Part shown: positions 10,537-19,432 of the stretch, piece after piece | Layout: every line of letters starts with the position of its first letter | Numbering within the stretch: position 1 is the stretch's first letter | Source of the DNA: a bacterium | GTDB taxonomy: Bacteria; Zixibacteria; MSB-5A5; GN15; FEB-12 | Direction: 5' to 3' | DNA: 64,000 nt | Assembly (NCBI GenBank): GCA_043819515.1 | Contig: JBDRES010000034.1 | Coordinates: 3,945 to 67,944, forward strand | Notes under the pieces: generated by a model | The model's database searches: none | Told to the model about the DNA's origin: nothing | What the model saw: the letters and a program-made list of their open reading frames with translations, nothing else | Program-made: the position numbers and the translations under genes

Positions 10537-10839
10537 ATGTCTGATCGAAGGGTAGAGAATAAGGCAGTGGTAAACATATTCGGCGAGGAATATCCCATAA
10601 CAGGGGTAACTGATCCTTCGCACATTGCTCGTGTTGCAGATTACGTTGATTCCAAAATGAGGGATGCCGCCCAATTGTCGAGGGTAAACGGCCGTGAGCG
10701 AGTTGCTATCTTGGCCGCTATGAGCATCGCCTCCGAGTTGTTTGAGGTTCGTGATCAGTTGCAGGAACAGGATGCTGATGCTGCGACTCAGGCCGAAAGT
10801 TTGCTGCAGCGACTCAACGAGGCCCTTCCCCAAGCCTAG
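10537..10839 (+). CDS. zapA: Cell division protein ZapA
   Basis: VNIFGEEYPI...VADYVDSKM...[12 protein letters not shown]. Confidence 0.9.
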   Translation: MSDRRVENKAVVNIFGEEYPITGVTDPSHIARVADYVDSKMRDAAQLSRVNGRERVAILAAMSIASELFEVRDQLQEQDADAATQAESLLQRLNEALPQA

Positions 10840-10947
10840 CCAGTTTCGCCGTCCTCTGTTTTTGTAAGCTCCCGTGGTTGTCTCCATCCGATTGTTTATA
10901 CATATATCCAACACCTGGTCGATGGCGTCCGGGTGGGAGGTACAATA

Positions 10948-12516
10948 ATGCTGAGCGAGATTATCATTCTCGTGGCGATTGCCATTGTGGTGGGAGGAGT
11001 GTCTTTCTTCCTGGCCCGCCAATCGGTCAATCGCTCCAGCCGCGACATGCTGGCGCAGGCCAAGAAGGAAGCCGCTCGTACTGTCGAGGATGCCGAGAAT
11101 GAGGCCAAGATCAAACGTCGTGAAGCAGCTCTTGAGGCCAAGGAAGAATGGCTCAAGCGCAAAGCTGAATTCGATAAAGAGGCCGACCAAAAGACCAAGG
11201 AACTCGACAAAATCGAGCACCGGCTGGCCGAGCAGCAGGGTTCCATTCAGAAGAAGCTCGATTATCTCGACCTAAAACACAATGAGCTGGAAAAGCGCGA
11301 GGGGGGGCTTGAGGGACGCGAGAAGGCTCTGACCAAACGCGAGGCGGAGTTGGAGCGGGTCATTGCCGATCAGAATGATCGCCTGCAGCGCATTGCCCAG
11401 ATGACCCCGGACGAGGCCAAAAGGCAACTGATGGACAACATGCTTCAGACGGCCAAAGTTGAGGCGGCCGCTATGATTAAAGCCATCAAGGACAAAGCGG
11501 AGATGGAGGCCGAGAAAGAAGCCAAGGAGATCATTACTCAGGCAATCTATCGCTGTGCCGCCGATCATACCGTCGAGACGACGGTTTCCGTCGTGAGCTT
11601 GCCCAACGACGAGATGAAGGGTCGTATTATCGGTCGTGAGGGAAGGAACATCCGCTCTTTTGAGACGGCTACCGGGATCGATGTGATTGTGGACGACACT
11701 CCGGAAGCGGTGATTTTGTCGGGCTACGATCCGGTTCGGCGCGAGATCGCACGCATGGGCCTGGAGAAATTGATTGCCGACGGTCGCATTCACCCTACGC
11801 GCATTGAGGAGGTCGTCGAAAAGGCGGCGAAGGAGATGGAGGTCATCGTTCGCGAGGCCGGCGAGCAAGCCTGCTTCGAGTTGGGTGTGCACGGTTTGCA
11901 TCCGGATGTGATCAAGCAGCTTGGAAAACTCCACTTCCGAACTTCATACGGACAGAATGTCCTGGCCCACGCCAAGGAAGTGGCCATGCTCTGTGGCTTG
12001 ATGGCCGCCGAGCTCAAGCTCGATCCCATTGTGGCCAAGCGGAGCGGCTTGCTTCACGATGTCGGCAAGGCCATCGATCGCGAGACGGAGGGGACGCATA
12101 CGCAGATCGGTGCCGATTTTATGCGGCGCTACAATGAGAGCGAAATAGTCGTCAATGCCATCGAGTCGCATCATGGGGACGTGCCCATGACCAGCCCCTA
12201 TCCTATCCTGGTACAGGCGGCTGATGCTGTCTCTGGCGCCCGCCCCGGAGCTCGTCGCGAGCCGCTGGAGGCGTATATCAAGCGTCTGAAGCAACTCGAA
12301 GAACTGGCCGATGGATTTAAGGGTGTTTCGAAGGCATACGCTATCCAGGCCGGGCGCGAAGTACGGGTGATCGTTGAGCACGAGAGCCTGGATGATCTGG
12401 CCAGCTCCATTCTGGCTATGGACATCGCCGCCAAGATTGAAAGTGAGATGCAGTACCCCGGACAAATCAAGGTGAGTGTGATTCGTGAGTGGCGCACGAC
12501 TGAGTATGCCAAGTAA
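10948..12516 (+). CDS. rny: Ribonuclease Y
   Basis: N-terminal TM, coiled coil, KH domain ([12 protein letters not shown]) and HD domain (LLHDVGK); GGAGG RBS. Confidence 0.97.
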   Translation: MLSEIIILVAIAIVVGGVSFFLARQSVNRSSRDMLAQAKKEAARTVEDAENEAKIKRREAALEAKEEWLKRKAEFDKEADQKTKELDKIEHRLAEQQGSIQKKLDYLDLKHNELEKREGGLEGREKALTKREAELERVIADQNDRLQRIAQMTPDEAKRQLMDNMLQTAKVEAAAMIKAIKDKAEMEAEKEAKEIITQAIYRCAADHTVETTVSVVSLPNDEMKGRIIGREGRNIRSFETATGIDVIVDDTPEAVILSGYDPVRREIARMGLEKLIADGRIHPTRIEEVVEKAAKEMEVIVREAGEQACFELGVHGLHPDVIKQLGKLHFRTSYGQNVLAHAKEVAMLCGLMAAELKLDPIVAKRSGLLHDVGKAIDRETEGTHTQIGADFMRRYNESEIVVNAIESHHGDVPMTSPYPILVQAADAVSGARPGARREPLEAYIKRLKQLEELADGFKGVSKAYAIQAGREVRVIVEHESLDDLASSILAMDIAAKIESEMQYPGQIKVSVIREWRTTEYAK

Positions 12517-12673
12517 CCGAGCCTTGCCGACGAATGGGCCGTGGAGATTGACCGCCGTATCCAGGACGGCTCCGGCTATAATCTGCGCCACGGATTCAAT
12601 GATAAGTAGTCGGTTCCCGCGAGGGTAGAGCGGTTGCCGACTCATGAAGTTCTACCTTAGAAAGATGACCTAA

Positions 12674-13543
12674 GTGTCTGACCTGAAACTACTTTACGTG
12701 GCAGATGTTTGCGGCCGACCGGGGCGACAGGCCTGCGCCCACATGATTAAACCGTTGCGGCAGAAGTATGACATCGACTATGTCATTGCCAACGTGGAAA
12801 ACGCCGCCGGGGGGTTTGGAGTCACCCCGGAAATGTCCCGCAAGATATTCTCCTACGGAGTCGACATGCAGACCTCGGGAAACCACATCTGGGATCGCGT
12901 CGAGGTTATCGACTATCTCGAGTTGGAACGACCCAAACTCCTGCGCCCGGCAAATTTCCCCCAAGGAGTGCCGGGGTCGGGGGCGTATGTCGATTCTGTC
13001 GGCAATGTGAAAATCGGCGTCATAAATTTAATGGGGCGAACCTACATGAAGGACATTGACTGCCCCTTTCAGGCAGCTGATCGGATCCTTGAGTCCCTCC
13101 GCCGAGAAACCGAAGTTATCTTTGTCGACATGCACGCCGAGGCTACCTCTGAGAAGCAGGCCATGTTCTACTATCTTGATGGCAAAGTCTCGGCCGTGAT
13201 CGGGTCCCATACTCATGTCCAGACAGTTGATAGCGTTGTCAGTGCACGTGGCACGGCCTATTTGACCGACGCCGGCATGACTGGCCCCCACAAGAGTGTC
13301 ATCGGTATGCAGGTCGGACCATCGCTGGGACGTTTTCTGACCGGTATGCCGAAGCGATTTACTACCGCCACCGACGATATCAAATTGTCGGGCGTGGTCG
13401 TCGCCGTTGACGCCTACACTGGTCGGGCTAAGAGCATCGAGAGGTTGCGAGTGGATTTTGACCTCGATACCTTCAAGCCTGAAGATATAACCGGACCTAA
13501 ACCGCCTAGTGAAGAAGCTGAACATGACGGCACAGACGATTGA
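12674..13543 (+). CDS. ymdB: YmdB/TIGR00282 family metallophosphoesterase
   Basis: NVENAAGG, TSGNHIWD, HAEATSEK, GSHTHVQT and TDAGMTGP motifs; follows rny. Confidence 0.93.
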   Translation: MSDLKLLYVADVCGRPGRQACAHMIKPLRQKYDIDYVIANVENAAGGFGVTPEMSRKIFSYGVDMQTSGNHIWDRVEVIDYLELERPKLLRPANFPQGVPGSGAYVDSVGNVKIGVINLMGRTYMKDIDCPFQAADRILESLRRETEVIFVDMHAEATSEKQAMFYYLDGKVSAVIGSHTHVQTVDSVVSARGTAYLTDAGMTGPHKSVIGMQVGPSLGRFLTGMPKRFTTATDDIKLSGVVVAVDAYTGRAKSIERLRVDFDLDTFKPEDITGPKPPSEEAEHDGTDD

Positions 13544-14417
13544 CGGTAAGGTCGTAGCCAAGGCCCTTCGTGAAGCCCTAAGAGAGCGTATTGACTTCCT
13601 GGCCGAGCGGTCGATTGTGCCCGGGTTGGCCGCTGTCTTGATCGGCGACGATCCCGCCTCGGCTACCTATGTGGGCAGCAAGGAAAAGGCCTGCCGAAAA
13701 CTGAGACTACACTCCGAGATTATCCGTCGCCCGGCCGAAACTTCACAATCGGAACTCGAAGCGATTGTCGATCGGCTTAATGCCGATCCACAGATTCATG
13801 GCATACTGGTTCAATCGCCTCTGCCGGCCCACCTTGACGAGCGCGCCGTGACTTTGCGGATTAAACCTGAGAAGGACGTGGACGGATTTCATCCTTACAA
13901 TGTCGGTCTGATGCTGATGGGTTTCCCCGGACTTTTGCCCTGTACTCCGCATGGTATCATAAAATTACTCCAGGCGTATGACATTGACCCGTCGGGCCGG
14001 GAAGTAGTCGTGGTCGGACGTTCCAATATCGTTGGCAAGCCTATTGCCGCCTTGCTGGTCCAGAAGGCACCCATGGCAAATGCGACCGTGACCATTGCGC
14101 ATTCTCGCACCCGCAACTTGGCGGAGGTCACCGCGCGAGCCGACATTCTGATTGCCGCGGTGGGATCGCCCGAAATGATCACCGGTGAGATGGTGAAGGA
14201 GGGCGCCGTGGTCATCGATGTCGGCGTCAACCGAGTTGACGATCCAGGATCCGACAAAGGTTATCGCCTGGTCGGTGATGTCGATTTTGCCGCCTGCTCG
14301 CGGCGGGCATCGTTCATAACCCCGGTACCGGGTGGTGTCGGTCCAATGACAATCGCCATGCTGATGCACAACGCGGTCGTTGCGGCCGAGACGATACACG
14401 GCCTGGCCCGGAGCTGA
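13524..14417 (+). CDS. folD: Bifunctional methylenetetrahydrofolate dehydrogenase/cyclohydrolase
   Basis: KDVDGFHP, PCTPHG, GRSNIVGKP and TPVPGGVGPMTI motifs. Confidence 0.97.
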   Translation: MTAQTIDGKVVAKALREALRERIDFLAERSIVPGLAAVLIGDDPASATYVGSKEKACRKLRLHSEIIRRPAETSQSELEAIVDRLNADPQIHGILVQSPLPAHLDERAVTLRIKPEKDVDGFHPYNVGLMLMGFPGLLPCTPHGIIKLLQAYDIDPSGREVVVVGRSNIVGKPIAALLVQKAPMANATVTIAHSRTRNLAEVTARADILIAAVGSPEMITGEMVKEGAVVIDVGVNRVDDPGSDKGYRLVGDVDFAACSRRASFITPVPGGVGPMTIAMLMHNAVVAAETIHGLARS

Positions 14418-14666
14418 GACCCCGGATCAGACCGGATTATGCCATCAGGTGCATGTTGTCGGTTTGTCTGTGCAACCGGCAGCCAGATGGCGAAGCCAGT
14501 TTGCACAAATCCGTCTGCAAGTTTCATAGCCAAAGCGACGGTCGTCTGATTTCACTCGGAATCGCGCGCAGCAAGGCAATTTGTGCTGGTTTGTGCCGCC
14601 AGATCAGCGTATAATAGAACTGGACAAACCGGCCCTGTGGATTATAAAGACGTTTTCGATTGCACT

Positions 14667-16367
14667 ATGCCCAGATACTGGCTGATCCTTACAGTGATAA
14701 TACTCTGGGGCGCCGGGGTTGCCTTTGGCGGCGCCACCCCTGATGATCTACAATACGTGTACGATGCCGGATATGGTGCCCGCCCGGCCGGTATGGGGAG
14801 GACGGCAGGTGCCCTGTCGGGTGACCTAGGCGCTGCTCTGGTCAATCCGGCCGGCTTGGTGACGCTACCGGTGTGGACCCTGGATGCGGACTTTGGTTAT
14901 CTCTCGGGTGGGGCGAGCCGAGCCTTGGCCGGCGTTGGCGGTCCGTGGCGCCAGGGTCATCTGGGATTAGCTATGTCTGTGTCCCAGCTCAGAGGGGTTA
15001 CGGCCTACCCGCGCAAGCGTTGGGTCTCCGATGTCATGCAGTACACTGGCCAAGCTGCGTATGCCCGCCGGATCACTCCGCGACTGGCCGGCGGTGGGGC
15101 GGTGAAGTTTGTCCTGCGCGAGGGGCCAGGTCAGAACAGCCAGGGGATCAATCTCGACCTGGGAGCGCGTTACGACCTTCCCAAGGGAATGGTTGCAGGC
15201 GCTTCCTGGAATGACCTGGCTCTTCAGAAAATCAAGCGGGCGGCTAGTGACGAATCGTTGCCTCATGTTTTTCGTTTCGGCGCCGCTATCGAAGAGGTCA
15301 AGATCGGCACCGAGTTCAGCGTCAATAGTGCCGTCGATCTGCTTTTTATTCAAGATGCCCAGGCTCAGCTACGCTTCGGGACGGAACTGGTGATCCCGTC
15401 TGATACCGAGTTTGACTTGAAACTGCGGGCCGGATACAACGGCCACGGGTTGTCGGTCGGAGGTGGTATTGCCGGTCGCTACGTGAGGATTGACTACGCC
15501 TTCAGTCGCCAGGCGGACCGGGACTTCCTTGATGATTACAGCCACGAGATATCAATCTCGGTTGTTCCCGACCAGATCTACGGCTTGCTTACCAGGGGTT
15601 CTCAATGCGCGGTGGAAGACTACCGAAGGGAGCGCTACCAGTATCATTTGGTCCGGGCCGAAGAGGCCCTGGCTGAATCGCAACTTGAGGTTGCTCGCGA
15701 TGAGTACGTTCAGGCTGACGCCTTCGCGACCAGTCGGGCGCAGGCCGATTCGGCAAAAACCGCCACGAGGATGGCTCAGGAGGCTATTGATCGTCAGCAG
15801 GCTATGGCCGATCGAACCTCGCTGCGCATGTACGACGACAGTGTCACATTTTTCCGCGAGCTCCTGGCTGACAGTGTGAGAGCGCTCAATGCCGCCTTCG
15901 AGCAGCGCTTGGCCGATGAGCGCAAGATGCTGTTGGGGCAGCAACGGTCCGATTTGGTCGCCCAGGCGCGCATACATCTTGACAACGGAGAATATTATAG
16001 CGCCCTGGGCAAGATATCCCTGGTGCTCGACAACGACCCATCCGATACCGCCGCGGCAGCACTGCGGGAGGAAGTGAAGTCCAAGCTCCAGAGGGCGCTG
16101 TTGTCCGATGTGCGACCCACCGACCCGGGCGCGCTTTTGAGAGAGCTGGACAGCATGTTTGTGCATATGATTGGAGTCGACCGCCTGGTCTCGGATTCCG
16201 CCGTGGCCGAGTGGTATCGTCAGGGAATTGGTTACTCGCGCCAGGAGGAGTATCAACAGGCCATCGATATATGGCAGCGAGTATATCGCGCCCGCCCGGA
16301 TCATCCCACGGTGCTGGACGATATTCGTGCTGCGCAACGGCGACTGGAAGCTAAGGAACAGGAATAG
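14667..16367 (+). CDS. PorV/PorQ-like outer-membrane beta-barrel fused to a C-terminal TPR/helical region
   Basis: Signal peptide; GYGARPAGMG...VNPAGL motif; amphipathic strands ending RIDYAFS; TPR-like helices (EYQQAIDIWQRV...PDHP). Confidence 0.7.
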   Translation: MPRYWLILTVIILWGAGVAFGGATPDDLQYVYDAGYGARPAGMGRTAGALSGDLGAALVNPAGLVTLPVWTLDADFGYLSGGASRALAGVGGPWRQGHLGLAMSVSQLRGVTAYPRKRWVSDVMQYTGQAAYARRITPRLAGGGAVKFVLREGPGQNSQGINLDLGARYDLPKGMVAGASWNDLALQKIKRAASDESLPHVFRFGAAIEEVKIGTEFSVNSAVDLLFIQDAQAQLRFGTELVIPSDTEFDLKLRAGYNGHGLSVGGGIAGRYVRIDYAFSRQADRDFLDDYSHEISISVVPDQIYGLLTRGSQCAVEDYRRERYQYHLVRAEEALAESQLEVARDEYVQADAFATSRAQADSAKTATRMAQEAIDRQQAMADRTSLRMYDDSVTFFRELLADSVRALNAAFEQRLADERKMLLGQQRSDLVAQARIHLDNGEYYSALGKISLVLDNDPSDTAAAALREEVKSKLQRALLSDVRPTDPGALLRELDSMFVHMIGVDRLVSDSAVAEWYRQGIGYSRQEEYQQAIDIWQRVYRARPDHPTVLDDIRAAQRRLEAKEQE

Positions 16368-16559
16368 AGCTGCGCACGGAAGCGGATTTCTGATGCGTCT
16401 TCTCCAAGGAATGTACAAACTCAGAGGGTCGACTTGGGACGTTGCTTTGATTGTCGGTATTGTCCGAGGGGCAATCGGTCATATAATGATCCTCACCATG
16501 ACCGGCGGGACTCCGTCGAAAGAAACCTCATACGTACCCATGGGCCCTGCGGTTGGTGA

Positions 16560-18620
16560 GTGAGCGTTATGCTGCGACGACCGATCAAAGAAATCAGCGC
16601 CGAATTCTCCGCCGAGGAAAAATATCTCGATAGTATTCAGCGCACCGTTCGCGAGGCGTGCGTCGCTGCCGGTATCGGGCGCAAAGATGTCTCGGCCGTC
16701 CTATTGGCCACCGAAGAAGGCGCCACCAACATCATCAGACACGCCTATCTCTACGAAAAAGGCCTTCTGCGCCTGCGGATCGTGATTTACCCCAAGATGG
16801 TCGTGTTTTCTCTTATCGATTTCGGTCGTTCCTTCCAGCCTGATCAAGTCGGCAACGTTGACCTGGAACACCTTGTGGCCAGCGGCCGCAAAGGTGGTCT
16901 GGGATTTTACATGATCAGGAAGATCATGGACTCGGTCCAGTATATTTCGTCGGCTGATCGCAACGAACTTCGTATGATCAAGCGCATCGGGAAGAAGCGC
17001 TCCGGCGGCCCGATGCTGAATCGGATGTTGTCGCTGCGGGTCAAGTTTTCGTTTTGGACGTTCTTTATCGTCTTTTTTATCGTAGCCGGTGCCTTCTATT
17101 ACATGGACCGCCAAACGACACGCCAGCTATATGATCGCCTCGACCGAACGGTGTCGGCCCTGATGAAGACGATCGCCGATCAAACGCAGGGATATCTCTC
17201 GTACTCTCGCTCGGCGGTTGAGTTCGACGAGCTGGTCGTGAGCTACATGAGAGCCAATCCTGAATTCCGAACGTTGGTTCTGGTAGACGGCCAGGGATCG
17301 ATTCTGGCTCACTCCGAGGATGCGCGGAGGATGGGGATGAGCTACCAGGTCCCCGACCAGATAGACGGTTCGCTGGTAGGCGTGCCGCAGCATTATGCGG
17401 TGGCGTCGGAAAACCTGAACTATCTCATCGTGCCGATTGTCTCGGGTCGACGCCAGTTGGGCCAGGTTCATGTGGTCTATTCCTCAAAAACGATTTCGAC
17501 TCCCCTGGCTGATGCGCGGCGTCGGATAGTAGTCCTGACATCACTTCTGTTTGTTTTCGGCATCGTCGGCATTTACATGCTGTCCAATTATTTTGTTCGA
17601 CCGATTGCGAATATCACTCGCCGCGTGCGTCGCTTTGCCTCGGGCGATCTTGAGTCGGAACTACCGCTTGAAGGGGCCGAGGAGTTCTTTGAGATTTCGA
17701 AAGCGTTCAACGAAATCATGACCCGTTTGAGTCAGGACCGCAAGAACATTGCGGCGCGTGAGAAGATGGCCCGCGAAATCGAGGTGGCCTCGCAAATTCA
17801 ACGCACGCTCCTGCCGACCAAGCTGCCCGATCTTCCCGGATTGGAGCTTGATGCCTTCTATCGCGCCGCCTCAGTCGTGGGCGGTGATCTCTACGATGTT
17901 TTCAGGATCGGCCCCGATCGTTATTGTCTCACTGTCGCCGATGTCAGCGGTAAGGGCGTGCCGGCCTCGCTTCTGATGTCGATGTTGCGCACCGTGATCA
18001 GGATCAGTGCCCAGGAGGCTACGTCGGCCAGAGATGTGCTCTTGAAAGTTAATGACTTCCTGAGCCGGAACATGCCGTCCGGCATGTTTATTACCATCAT
18101 GCTGGTGGTTTACGAAACGAAGGTACGGCGGTTGAATCTGGTCTCGGCGGGGCACAATGCCTTGCTTTTGTATCGGGCGCAGACAGGCCGGACCGAGCAA
18201 ATCAACCCGGCCGGGATGCCTCTCGGTATGCCGGACACACTGGATAGAGGGTTTGCGGAGAGCCTGACGGAGACCACGGTACAGCTAAACGACTCGGATC
18301 ACTTCCTGATCTTCACCGACGGTTTGTCCGAAGCCGTTGATCGGGAGGGACGACAATTCGGGTTGGATCGCCTGCAAGGTCTTTTTGGCACTTCCGCCGC
18401 CGGTCACCGCAGCCAAGATATCTCGCGCCTGGCCCAGGTGCTGATTGCCGAATTGGACGATTTTGCCGGGTTTACCAAAGCCAACGACGACATCACCTTC
18501 TTGGTGGCGCGAGCCACCGATGCCCACGATGAATTGCCGCCTGACAAGCCGGAGGCCGCATCAGTACTCACTATTGAAGATACTGATCCCGGCCCACAGG
18601 CCGAATCCGGTGACTCCTGA
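16560..18620 (+). CDS. RsbW-type anti-sigma Ser kinase + TM/periplasmic sensor + HAMP + SpoIIE/PP2C phosphatase fusion
   Basis: HATPase motifs EGATNIIRHAY and GGLGFYMIRKIMD; two TM helices; HAMP; PP2C motifs GGDLYD, VADVSGKG, FTDGL and DDIT. Confidence 0.9.
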   Translation: MSVMLRRPIKEISAEFSAEEKYLDSIQRTVREACVAAGIGRKDVSAVLLATEEGATNIIRHAYLYEKGLLRLRIVIYPKMVVFSLIDFGRSFQPDQVGNVDLEHLVASGRKGGLGFYMIRKIMDSVQYISSADRNELRMIKRIGKKRSGGPMLNRMLSLRVKFSFWTFFIVFFIVAGAFYYMDRQTTRQLYDRLDRTVSALMKTIADQTQGYLSYSRSAVEFDELVVSYMRANPEFRTLVLVDGQGSILAHSEDARRMGMSYQVPDQIDGSLVGVPQHYAVASENLNYLIVPIVSGRRQLGQVHVVYSSKTISTPLADARRRIVVLTSLLFVFGIVGIYMLSNYFVRPIANITRRVRRFASGDLESELPLEGAEEFFEISKAFNEIMTRLSQDRKNIAAREKMAREIEVASQIQRTLLPTKLPDLPGLELDAFYRAASVVGGDLYDVFRIGPDRYCLTVADVSGKGVPASLLMSMLRTVIRISAQEATSARDVLLKVNDFLSRNMPSGMFITIMLVVYETKVRRLNLVSAGHNALLLYRAQTGRTEQINPAGMPLGMPDTLDRGFAESLTETTVQLNDSDHFLIFTDGLSEAVDREGRQFGLDRLQGLFGTSAAGHRSQDISRLAQVLIAELDDFAGFTKANDDITFLVARATDAHDELPPDKPEAASVLTIEDTDPGPQAESGDS

Positions 18621-18694
18621 TGTTTATGCTTGCCAGCTCTCGCCTTCAGAGACTATCTTAGACACCGTGCGGCGCAGATTTTGAAGCCATAATT

Positions 18695-19096
18695 ATGAGT
18701 ACCTCAAACAACATTTCGATTTCCCTCTCCGAAGGCTCTCAAGGGTCTGTCTCTGAAGTGCGCGTTGATGGTGTGATCGATACCATCACGGCGGGCCAGC
18801 TCGAGGAGGTGTTTGAGGCTCTCATCAGGCGCGGCCGTTACCGAATTGTCGTCGACTTGGCCGGAGTGGACTACATATCCTCCGCCGGGTGGGGCATCTT
18901 CATTTCCAATATTCGCGACGTTCGCAACAACGACGGTGACATCAAACTGGCCAACATGGCCTCAAATGTATACGAGATTTATGATCTGCTGGAGTTTGAT
19001 AACGTTCTGCGTACCTATCAGACCCTGGAAGCAGCTCGGGCCAGTTTTGTACCGGTCGACGATCAAAAAAAAAAGCCGACGGACCAGTCCGGCTGA
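18695..19096 (+). CDS. STAS domain anti-sigma factor antagonist (RsbV/SpoIIAA-like), 0-frame product
   Basis: VDGVID...IVVDLAGVDYISSAGWG containing the phosphorylatable Ser. Confidence 0.92.
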   Translation: MSTSNNISISLSEGSQGSVSEVRVDGVIDTITAGQLEEVFEALIRRGRYRIVVDLAGVDYISSAGWGIFISNIRDVRNNDGDIKLANMASNVYEIYDLLEFDNVLRTYQTLEAARASFVPVDDQKKKPTDQSG

Positions 19097-19365
19097 CGCT
19101 GGTAGATAAGTTTCCAAGCTCATCATCAACCGATATGGCGGCCGATACACCGGCGACGGTGGACCGCGGCGATTCCGATATTGAATCGCTGATCCTGAAG
19201 ATCGTAAAGGACGATCCCTTTGCCTCCATCGGTCAGATCTCGCAGCAGGTCGTCCGCCTGCCCGGCGGTCGCCGAGGCGGCTGGTGGCGGGTCTTTGGTG
19301 TCCTGCGTCGTCGTCACCTTCTCAGGCGTCGTTCTCGATTTGCTTTTGTACGCCAGAGGAAGTAA
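19072..19365 (+). CDS. Basic HTH-like domain in the -1 frame of the STAS gene (probable frameshift extension; alternatively a 76-aa ORF from 19135)
   Basis: Open from the A10 run: KADGPVRLTLVDKFP...IESLILKIVKDDPFASIGQISQQV...GWWRVFGVLRRRHLLRRRSRFAF. No SD before ATG 19135. Confidence 0.6.
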   Translation, partial: KADGPVRLTLVDKFPSSSSTDMAADTPATVDRGDSDIESLILKIVKDDPFASIGQISQQVVRLPGGRRGGWWRVFGVLRRRHLLRRRSRFAFVRQRK

Positions 19366-19432
19366 TCACTCGAAAGACTTGTTGACACTTATGCGGCTTG
19401 CTCTATATTGCGGTTAAGAGGAGTATTGACAT

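Noticed and set aside
10840..10947. Possible 6S RNA at its common position after zapA
   Set aside because: Only about 108 nt including the rny RBS, too short and without a closing stem.
12548..12582. TTGACC...TATAAT promoter-like pair upstream of ymdB
   Set aside because: The spacer is 23 nt, too long for sigma70.
14460..14515. Hairpin TGTGCAA...TTGCACA with slight similarity to a c-di-GMP-I riboswitch 3' end
   Set aside because: Lacks the GNRA-loop P2 stem and GCAAA core; cannot be supported.
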